Shown: piece by piece, positions 54,491 to 64,000 of the stretch
How positions within the stretch are numbered: position 1 is the first letter of the stretch
How the letters are laid out: the number at the start of each line of letters is the position of its first letter
NCBI GenBank assembly: GCA_950097015.1
Contig: CATNEN010000038.1
Coordinates: 18,972,001 to 19,036,000, forward strand
Reading direction: 5' to 3'
Length of the DNA stretch: 64,000 bases
From: Macrostomum hystrix
Taxonomy: Eukaryota; Animalia; Platyhelminthes
Position numbers and translations under genes: made by a program
Notes under the pieces: model-generated
The model's input: the letters and a program-made list of their open reading frames with translations, nothing else
Told to the model about the DNA's origin: nothing
The model's database searches: none

Positions 54491-55238
54491 AGAAAGAAAC
54501 TGATTTAATGAGCTAATTACTCGTAGTTAGTCAGTAGAAACAGTTGCCACGAGATTTAAATTCCTAATTCCCAATTTTTCAAACAGATTTAATGACCCAT
54601 TTTTTATTAATTTTGTCAAGCATTGAAAGAAAACTACTGTGATGCAGTGTTTTTATCATTGGCTGTCTGCTTCTAGTCTGTTCCACTTTTGTTTGGATTA
54701 AAAGCTATTGTTTGTGTATACGAGTATAGTGCTTGCAGACAATTAATTCGATACAAACTTTCCTTTATTCATAATATATCTTGTTCAACCAGCTGTCTGC
54801 TTTTCTATATTTAGGCCCTCACTTTCTGTTTATTGTCGTGTTTATTTGTAGCTATATTACTCAGTCAGTAAAATTCAGCGAATCACTTTCAAAATATTTT
54901 CACAAAACGATGTACAATGCAATCTGACCATTTTCACTAAATCTAATAGTCCTACTACTAGTCTGTCTTGTATTTTGTAATCACAAGCTCCTTAATGCTT
55001 GTCATTAGCCTGCGATTATTAACTCTGCTTACTGCATTGGTTTCTTATGTTTCTTATAAAAATTATCAAATTATAATGAAACTATTTTCAGTTACAAGAA
55101 GTACACAATTATTCCATTTCAAGCTTTTTTATTATATTTAGTATGACTTTGTCGTAATTTATTGATGCATACCAATATTTCCATTCAGATAAAAATTCTA
55201 CTGTTTTGAACAGCCGATATTTAGGTTTCTACCACGCT

Positions 55239-57135
55239 GAAACTCTCATTGCACTCTCCAGACTAGAATACTTCCCAATCCCGAAATTCCCCATGGAAAC
55301 TCTCATTGCACTCTCCAGACTAGAATACTTCCCAATCCAGAAATTCCCCATGGAAACTCTCATTGCACTCTCCAGACTAGAATACTTCCCAATCCCAAAA
55401 TTTCCCATAGAAACTCTCGTTGCACTCTCCAGACTAGAATACTTCCCAATCCAGAAATTTACCATAGAAACTCTCGTTGCACTCTCCAGACTAGAATATT
55501 TCCCAATTCCGAAATTCCCCATAGAAACTCTCATTGCACTCTCCAGACTAGAATACTTCCCAATTCCGAAATTTCCCATAGAAACTCTCATTGCACTCTC
55601 CAGACTAGAATGCTTCCCAATCCCGAAATTTCCCATAGAAACTCTCATTGCACTCTCCAGACTAGAATACTTCCCAATCCCGAAATTTACCATAGAAACT
55701 CTCGTTGCACTCTCCAGACTAGAATACTTCCCAATCCCGAAATTTCCCATAGAAACTCTCGTTGCACTCTCCAGACTAGAATACTTCCCAATCCAGAAAT
55801 TTCCCATAGAAACTCTCGTTGCACTCTCCAGACTAGAATACTTCCCAATTCCGAAATTTCCCATAGAAACTCTCATTGCACTCTCCAGACTAGAATACTT
55901 CCCAATCCCGAAATTTCCCATAGAAACTCTCGTTGCACTCTCCAGACTAGAATACTTCCCAATTCCGAAATTCCCCATAGAAACTCATTGCACTCTCCAG
56001 ACTAGAATATTTCCCAATCCATGAAATTTCCCATAGAAACTCTCATTGCACTCTCCAGACTAGAATACTTCCCAATCCAGAAATTCCCCATAGAAACTCT
56101 CATTGCACTCTCCAGACTAGAATACTTCCCAATCCCGAAATTTCCCATAGAAACTCTCATTGCACTCTCCAGACTAGAATACTTCCCAATCCCGAAATTT
56201 CCCATAGAAACTCTCATTGCACTCTCCAGACTAGAATACTTCCCAATCCAGAAATTCCCCATAGAAACTCTCATTGCACTCTCCAGACTAGAATACTTCC
56301 CAATTCCGAAATTTCCCATAGAAACTCTCATTGCACTCTCCAGACTAGAATACTTCCCAATTCCGAAATTTCCCATAGAAACTCTCATTGCACTCTCCAG
56401 ACTAGAATACTTCCCAATACAGAAATTCCCCATAGAAACTCTCATTGCACTCTCCAGACTAGAATACTTCCCAATTCCGAAATTTCCCATAGAAACTCTC
56501 ATTGCACTCTCCAGACTAGAATACTTCCCAATCCCGAAATTTCCCATAGAAACTCTCATTGCACTCTCCAGACTAGAATACTTCCCAATCCCGAAATTTA
56601 CCATAGAAACTCTCGTTGCACTCTCCAGACTAGAATACTTCCCAATCCCGAAATTTACCATAGAAACTCTCGTTGCACTCTCCAGACTAGAATACTTCCC
56701 AATCCAGAAATTTCCCATAGAAACTCTCGTTGCACTCTCCAGACTAGAATACTTCCCAATTCCGAAATTTCCCATAGAAACTCTCATTGCACTCTCCAGA
56801 CTAGAATACTTCCCAATCCCGAAATTTCCCATAGAAACTCTCATTGCACTCTCCAGACTAGAATACTTCCCAATTCCGAAATTCCCCATAGAAACTCTCA
56901 TTGCACTCTCCAGACTAGAATATTTCCCAATCCATGAAATTTCCCATAGAAACTCTCATTGCACTCTCCAGACTAGAATACTTCCCAATTCCGAAATTTC
57001 CCATAGAAACTCTCGTTGCGCTGTCCAGATTATCCAGAAGTATTTGGAATACTTCCAAATCCCGAAATTTCCTGTTGAACTCTCGTTGCACTTTCCAGAC
57101 TAGAATATTTCCCAATTCCGAAATTTCCCATAGAA
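55239..57135. repeat. 57-bp minisatellite, ~33 copies
   Basis: GAAACTCTCATTGCACTCTCCAGACTAGAATACTTCCCAATCCCGAAATTTCCCATA. Confidence 0.97.
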
Positions 57136-57632
57136 AATATATATTGAATGAGTATTTAATAGCCTTGCAGTTACTACTAAAATATCCGTAGGTTCGTTGT
57201 AGGTTTATGCGCTAATAATAAACGTGAGAATGGACACCTGAACAAGCCTTTGACAGCCACTCCGCCGTGGTTAAACTTGGGTTTAGCCAGGTGAAAATTT
57301 CAGTGAAAAGTTCTCACACATAAGCAATTGGTTTAGTTCTCGCGCACATAATCCACCAGCCAAGTACTAGAATACTGCTCACTGATTGGCTGGACGTTTG
57401 GTGCGCGTACACTGCTACTAGGTATTGCCGCAGTCTATTCGCTATAGGGTTATACATTATTGTGTCATGACTATGGTTACGTTTACCCAATCTTTCAGAA
57501 GCGTCACAAACTCGTCGCTATCAACAAACGCTGTCAAATAGTTGGCAGCGATGGTGACTTAGGCACTGGCAAGCTGAAGTTAATTCATTATTTTGATTAA
57601 ACGAAAGAAGACCTCTTCGCTCGTCAGTTCCG

Positions 57633-57645
57633 GTTGCTAAGCAAC
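57633..57645. promoter_or_regulatory. RFX X-box-like palindrome
   Basis: GTTGCTAAGCAAC, 27 bp upstream of the ATG at 57673. Confidence 0.35.
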
Positions 57646-57672
57646 GCTTTATTTATTAAATAATTAGAAAAA

Positions 57673-58059
57673 ATGCAACAGCAGCCGCCAGGCCCTCCAA
57701 TGGGTCAACAACCTCCACACATGGCGCCAGCGTATCAATATCAGCAGCAGCAGCAGCAGCACATGCATTACAATCATCATAACATGCAGCCGCCTCCGCC
57801 TCCGCATATGCAGCCTTCAATGGGTCCTCAGCAGCACATGCAGCCGCAGCACATGCTGCCTCAGGAGGCGCCGCTAGACAGTGTCCGTCGGGTTGTGGAC
57901 CGGGTCTCCGGATTTCGCGAGCATCAGATTGAAGCCGAGACTCGCTTCCTGGCTAGGCAGCCCTCCATTGAACAGAAGAGTCACGAGGAGATGCAGACCC
58001 TGTCAGCCAGAGTGGAGGAGACCAAGAAGGGAAAGAAGAGGGCGGCAAGTACTGCTCAG
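57673..58059 (+). CDS. Mastermind-like poly-Q protein, exon 1 (basic MamL-1-like helix)
   Basis: RRVVDRVSGFREHQIEAETRFLARQPSIEQKSHEEMQTLSARVEETKKGKKRAA. CAG|GTGTGT donor, phase 0. Confidence 0.75.
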
Positions 58060-58110
58060 GTGTGTCAACTGTCCTTGATCCCAAAAGGCTGACCACTAAA
58101 ATGGCTATTA

Positions 58111-58757
58111 CAGATACCTAAACTAAGCTAGCCAATCCAGATACCTAAACTAAGCTAGCCATTCCAGATACCTAAACTAAGCTAGCCAATCCAGATCCCT
58201 AAACTAAGCTAGCCAATCCAGATACCTAAACTAAGCTAGCCAATCCAGATACCTGAACTAAGCTAGCCATTCCAGATACCTAAACTAAGCTAGCCAATCC
58301 AGATACCTAAACTAAGCTAGCCAATCCAGATACCTGAACTAAGCTAGCCATTCCAGATACCTAAACTAAGCTAGCCAATCCAGATACCTAAACTAAGCTA
58401 GCCATTCCAGATACCTAAACTAAGCTAGCCAATCCAGATACCTAAACTAAGCTAGCCAATCCAGATACCTAAACTAAGCTAGCCAATCCAGATACCTGAA
58501 CTAAGCTAGCCATTCCAGATACCTAAACTAAGCTAGCCAATCCAGATACCTGAACTAAGCTAGCCAATCCAGATACCTGAACTAAGCTAGCCATTCCAGA
58601 TACCTAAACTAAGCTAGCCAATCCAGATACCTAAACTAAGCTAGCCATTCCAGATACCTAAACTAAGCTAGCCAATCCAGATACCTAAACTAAGCTAGCC
58701 ATTCCAGATACCTAAACTAAGCTAGCCATTCCAGATACCTAAACTAAGCTAGCCATT
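58111..58757. repeat. 27-bp minisatellite, ~24 copies (intron)
   Basis: CAGATACCTAAACTAAGCTAGCCAATC. Confidence 0.95.
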
Positions 58758-58941
58758 CTTATAGATCCCCAGAAAGTCTCACAATCCGTTTAGATCCCGA
58801 AAGAAGCCGGCTTTACATCGATGAAAAAAATTCTACCACTCTGAATCCAAAAATGGCAGCTTGCTAATACTTTTCGATAAGCATTTGTTTCATTAGATTT
58901 TTTGCATAATAGAAACGCCTGATTTAAATAAATTCTCTCAG

Positions 58942-60468
58942 AAAAAGAAGACCGCCGCCGCAGCAGCTGCAGCCGCGGCGGCTGCTGCACCAGCTGGTAG
59001 CGGCGCCAATCCGGCAGCTCCAGGCGGTGGTCCCTCCTCAGTCGGCGGCGGGCTGCCGTCTAACAAATCTGCAAATCTCGGTCCTGTACCAGGCGCCTCG
59101 GCTGCCGGCATGCCGAACATGCTGCCACCGTCGGCAGCTCAGCACCCGCATCCTTATCATCACCATCAGCAGCAGCATCCCTATCAGCATTATCCCCAGA
59201 TGATGTATGCGGGTCATCAGGCGTCGGGCATGCCAGGCATTCGCGGAGCTCCTCCCCCGCAGCATCACCCGGGCTACGGCCCGATGGGACCAGCTATGGG
59301 GCATCCGCAGCATCAGCAGCAGCATCATCATGGCCCGCCGCCTTCCTACATGATGCAACAGCAGCAGCAGCAGCACCCGCAATATCCGCGCCCCGGCCCG
59401 CCGCCGCCGCCCTACGGAATGATGCCAGGCTCAGGCGGACACATGCCGTCGCACCAATACCCCATGCACCAGCACCAACAACACCAGCAGCAGCCGCCGA
59501 TGCTGACACATCAGCAGCAGTCAATGTCTCAAGCTATGCCGCCGCACCATCAGTATCAACAGCAGCAGCAGCCGCAGCCAACGCCGCAACATCTGTCAAT
59601 AGCAGACGATCTGCCCGACGATCTAGCCAGCCTTTTTGATCCCATGCCAACTGTTGAGTCTTCAGGGGCTACAAATCAGCAGAGGACTGGTCAGCAGCAG
59701 CTGCCTGAGATTCATCTACTCGATGGTGAACTGGACTCCACTTCGGTGCCATCCCTGCCGGCTGGTAAAAATGGCTGCCCAGACAGCAACAGTATCGGCG
59801 GCAATAACAACTTCAGCGGAGTTAATAAGCCCACCAGTGCCAACAAAAGTGTCAACAAGAAGGCGTCTACTAGTAGCAGCAGTAACGGCGAGGCTGTTAA
59901 TACGCCCGCCTCGCCAGCTCCTCCCCATGGTAACAACAATAACAACAACACTATTAACAATAGCAACGGCAAACTGCCAGCTGTTGGCAACATGGAGACT
60001 CACCTGCAGGCCTTCATGGCCAGCCTGCGCGCCTCCGATGAAGTGCTGAATGCTCGCCGACTTGTGGCCACTTATCGCGATGACAATGTTGAATTTATTC
60101 CCCAGCAGCAGCAGCAGCAGTCCACGCCTGCGCCCGGCTCGCATCAGCCGCCAACCCCGGCCTCTTCAACGTCAGCCACCGCTGCCACAACTTCCGCCAC
60201 CGCTGCCGCCGCGACGCCGGCCTCCGTAATCGCCTCCCCGGCTAGCGGCATCGGCACACCTGGCGGAGTCGGATCTGTCGGCCCGCCTGTTTCTTCCACT
60301 CCGCCGTCCACCTCCATGGCGTCTGCGGTGCAACAACAGCAGCAGCAGCAGCAACAGCAGCACTATCCATATTCAAATGCTCCAACATCTTCAGCGCAGC
60401 AGCAGCAGCAGCAGCCTGTCTATAATAATAGCAACTATCAAAAGTCGAGTTACTACGGGCCTGCATAG
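58942..60468 (+). CDS. Mastermind-like poly-Q protein, exon 2 (~637 aa total)
   Basis: TCTCTCAG acceptor, KKKT, then Ala/Gln/His/Pro low complexity with acidic patches IADDLPDDLASLFD and LPEIHLLDGELD. 1527 nt open. Confidence 0.8.
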   Translation, partial: KKKTAAAAAAAAAAAAPAGSGANPAAPGGGPSSVGGGLPSNKSANLGPVPGASAAGMPNMLPPSAAQHPHPYHHHQQQHPYQHYPQMMYAGHQASGMPGIRGAPPPQHHPGYGPMGPAMGHPQHQQQHHHGPPPSYMMQQQQQQHPQYPRPGPPPPPYGMMPGSGGHMPSHQYPMHQHQQHQQQPPMLTHQQQSMSQAMPPHHQYQQQQQPQPTPQHLSIADDLPDDLASLFDPMPTVESSGATNQQRTGQQQLPEIHLLDGELDSTSVPSLPAGKNGCPDSNSIGGNNNFSGVNKPTSANKSVNKKASTSSSSNGEAVNTPASPAPPHGNNNNNNTINNSNGKLPAVGNMETHLQAFMASLRASDEVLNARRLVATYRDDNVEFIPQQQQQQSTPAPGSHQPPTPASSTSATAATTSATAAAATPASVIASPASGIGTPGGVGSVGPPVSSTPPSTSMASAVQQQQQQQQQQHYPYSNAPTSSAQQQQQQPVYNNSNYQKSSYYGPA

Positions 60469-61453
60469 AAGAGCGCCCGCTCCGTTTGCTTTGTAGTTTT
60501 AAACACCCAAAGCTCGTTCGATTTCGATTCTATAAAAGCTACTGACTACAGTACTAGCTAGCCTTTTTTAGAAATAGTTTATGCTCGCTTTAACATCGCT
60601 TGGAGTATTTAATTGTGAAACACAATGCTCATCATTTCTTTTCAATCCCATGCCACCTTTTTGTCTAGAAGCACTTTTCTACCTTAACAATGGTTTATTA
60701 ATTTGTTTGGTTGTACAGTAATTTTGGACACTTTAATATTATGACTTGAAAACTGTGCATGCGACTCCGCTTTGTCTAAGGTTAAGCACTCGTAGATTCT
60801 TTGATTTATTGCATGCAGTTTTTTAATACTTTCAAACTATTGAAACTCTAAAATGTACTTTTAAGTTATGTGTATTTAATATTATTTAAATTGCAAGACT
60901 TTTTGCCGCATCTTGTGCTACTCATAGTAGCTTGCTTGCTCTTTATTCTGCTACATGCATGTCTTTAGTATATATAGTATTCTAATTCTGTTTTAGTTTG
61001 CTTAGCTTTTTGCGCTACTGATATAATTGTGTCCTATGTTTGTATTATCGCTGTTATGCTAGGATTATAGCACTAATTTATTTTTGCTACAGTTTATTTA
61101 TGACAATTGACTTTTTCTATAAGTGATTCTTTTTTTGTTTTCATTTTTTTGCCATAAGCTAATCTTCTGTCCAGTTTTTTGCAGACCAGCATATGGGACA
61201 TTGCTTCTACTATCTGCTGCATATTGCTGCTTCTAATGCTGCATATTTGTGCGTATCCGCGGCACTATGTTTTATGTTATGTTTTTCCTTTATTATGTTA
61301 TTCGACAATTGCTGCCTATTCTACTCGTACTGCTATTAGTGTTGCTAACAGGATTTTACCCTTGTTTTGCTTTTTTTCTTGCTTCTTTGCAACTTTGCTT
61401 TCAACTAATCATCCGCGTTCCTTAGCAATGACAGGGCAGGCCTTGGACACAAA

Positions 61454-62020
61454 ATGACCAGTGGTAATGACCGATGAACTGAATGACCAGTAGGATGGTA
61501 TGACCGATGAACTGAATGACCAGTAGGATGGTATGACCGATGAACTGAATGACCAGTATGATGGAATGACCGATGAACTGAATGACCAGTAGGATGGTAT
61601 GACCGATGAACTGAATGACCAGTAGGATGGTATGACCGATGAACTGAATGACCAGTATGATGGAATGACCGATGAACTGAATGACCAGTAGGATGGTATG
61701 ACCGATGAACTGAATGACCAGTAGGATGGTATGACCGATGAACTGAATGACCAGTAAGATGGAATGACCGATGAACTGAATGACCAGTAAGATGGTATGA
61801 CCGATGAACTGAATGACCGGTAGGATGGTATGACCGATGAACTGAATGACCAGTAAGATGGAATGACCGATGAACGGAATAACCAGTAGCATAGTTTGAC
61901 CAATGAACTGAACTGAACGATAAAGTTAATAATCAGTAGCATAGTTTAACCGATGAACTGAACTGAACGATGAAGTTAATAACCAGTAGCATTGTATGAC
62001 CGATAAAGTGACTGACCAGT
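61454..62020. repeat. 33-bp minisatellite, ~13 copies plus decayed tail
   Basis: ATGACCGATGAACTGAATGACCAGTAGGATGGT. Confidence 0.93.
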
Positions 62021-63128
62021 AAGATCAGTTCTCAAAAAAGCAGTTTTTAGCTGCGTATCTAAGGCTTAACACCTGGTTGCTAAGTGACAGTCGATTGAAA
62101 ATATTTTTTGGTTTTAAACCTCCGCTGGCTCCATCTGCTCTTTAACAAGGTTATACTATATCTAAATTTTATACTCAATGTTGTCTAACTTTTTACAGGC
62201 TTCGTTTCTACTCGTCATTCGTTATCTGTTCAACAAATGTGTTGTGTTGTGCACAATGTTGTTGTTATACTACTAACTCACTCACATAAGTAGCATGAAA
62301 TGCGTGCGCAGTGTAAATAGTTGGGTGGAGCTGTTGGCCTCCCAACAGTATTTTGGTGACTTGGGAAATGTATAATAATTGATGTTGAATGCGTGTCTGC
62401 AACGTTTAGTTTGAGAATCAAATATAAATGTCATTTTTATATATTATTATTTTACTTGCATATATGCATATATACGAGCTATATATAATCTCACAGCACC
62501 ATATTGCGAAACGCAAAATTAGCATGCCGCAAGCCTAAATTTTAATCTTTTTCCTTTTTGCTTTTTTTCATTTAAAACTTACCTTGAAAAGAAGATTGAA
62601 ACATTTGGCCCATTTTTGGCAGGGGTCGCGGGTTCGAACCCTTTAATTGTTGCAAACCACTTCAATAGCGTATCTGGAACTCCAGGTGTATTGGAGGCTC
62701 AAATCAAATAACAAAACTGTAAAACTTGAAGATCTAGGCACGGTTCGCTTAGAGGTTTTTCCTTGTTAGATAGGGAATCTTACCTGTTATGCAGGCTCAT
62801 TTATCTACTAAATAAGGCCTTTAAGCTAAATTAATGTGGCTAAGCCGCTACGAGATTATGACTCACCTGCTATGGGATCGTGCTCACCTGCCATGAGATT
62901 ATGACAAAGCTGGTGTGAGATAATCAAACAGCAGCTATGAGATTTGTTACGATCGGGTGCTGTAAGTTTATTGCATGGATGTTATTTAAATGTTGCTATG
63001 TGATGTTTTCAAAGCAGCAATCTCATTGTTGCATTGAAATTAGACTGAGCAATGAGATGAGATTATATCATCATTATTGAGACAATTTTTTCAGCTTTGG
63101 CGGATTCGGCCTTGCTTTTGACCTAGAC

Positions 63129-63371
63129 CAGGGGTAGGCAATCTTATTTGCTGGCGGGCCAAAGAGAGAACCTAAAAGACGACAGCGGGCCGCATTGACT
63201 GTATAAATATGAGATAGGGGAGAGATGAAACACGGGAGAGATTAGACACGGGAGATATTAGACACGAGATAGATGAAACAGGACACTGCAGATGTCAGAA
63301 GGGGCAACGGGCCGGATTCGGGAGCTTCGAGGGTCGCATCTGGCCCGCGGGCCGGAGTTTGCCGACCCCTG
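63129..63371 (+). mobile_element. hAT (Charlie/Buster-like) MITE, intact 243-bp copy
   Basis: CAGGGGTAGGCAA...TTGCCGACCCCTG, perfect 8-bp TSD ACCTAGAC with central TA. Confidence 0.93.
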
Positions 63372-63407
63372 ACCTAGACCTTTACGATTAGTATCGTGCT
63401 ATGGCCC

Positions 63408-63665
63408 AGCGGTTGTGGTCCAGTGGTTAGAGCGTCGAATTCACGACTTGAAGTTCGGGGGTTCGATTCCACTCCACTGGACTCCACTGGAACAATGTGT
63501 AATTGACTCTTAAACTCTGCGTTGCTTCAGTTCACCCAGTTGTTAAATGGGTACCAGCATCTGCTGGGGTAATTGAGGTGGGTGTAGCGCTCCCCAGTCC
63601 ATGGACTGAACAGCCGTACGCAGCCTTCAGATGCGCCGCGCAATAGCTGTAATAAATTATTAGTG
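63408..63665 (+). mobile_element. tRNA-derived CORE-like SINE, copy 2
   Basis: A and B boxes, body nearly identical to 14060-14188. Confidence 0.82.
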
Positions 63666-64000
63666 TTATTATATTATTATTATGCGCTATGGTCAGAAAT
63701 AGACGGTTTTAGTAAACAATGAATAAGGATTTCTAACTTTTAATTGGATTTATTTTTGAAGATTAAGAGGCAGTGAATTTTATTTACGAATTAATATTGA
63801 TAATAATAATAATTAATAATGACTCAACACACAAGTGATCCCAGTTTGAAAACACCTGCTGCCTATTTATTCTATGCTATAACTAATTATTTATTCGAAT
63901 ATAATGTAGGTAAACTAAAACAAAATATTTTAATGATCTACCCATTCATATTATCTACCCGGAATGAGCAAGCATAAATTGTCCGTCTATTTCTCTCGCA

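Noticed and set aside
55206-57191. Long ORFs on both strands (ETLIALSRLEYFPIPKFPI repeats)
   Set aside because: Translation of a 57-bp stop-free minisatellite; frame-breaking indels are tolerated and there is no splice context.
62575-62800. GGTTCGAACCC B-box and minus-strand splice donors
   Set aside because: No tRNA fold, and no recognisable protein or connected exon chain.

Overview
Eukaryotic (metazoan) genomic DNA with GT-AG introns, CAG microsatellites and about 18 unrelated minisatellite arrays, mostly intronic. The style resembles a free-living flatworm such as Macrostomum, but that is an inference. Six spliced genes could be built by hand. Minus strand: an LRIG-like LRR receptor (6 exons, runs off the left edge) and Ena/VASP, which has a tRNA-Arg(CCT) in an intron. 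Plus strand: SMIM14, TMEM170, a VAMP/synaptobrevin, and a poly-Q protein whose N-terminus looks like a highly divergent Mastermind (Notch co-activator). All host genes left of about 41 kb are on the minus strand and all to the right are on the plus strand. The SMIM14-TMEM170 junction has operon/trans-splicing geometry. Mobile DNA includes two nested IS630/Tc1-type elements (the inner one inside a probable intron of the outer transposase), a hAT MITE family carrying an expanding minisatellite (4 copies), a second hAT MITE (2 copies), a TTAA-flanked long-TIR element (2 copies with swapped ends), a tRNA-derived CORE-like SINE (2 copies), and Gypsy, BEL and LINE relics. There is also a tetraspanin-like pseudogene and a cryptic spliced unit with a UAG in a hairpin loop. 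All homologies come from motif recognition by eye; no database search was run.
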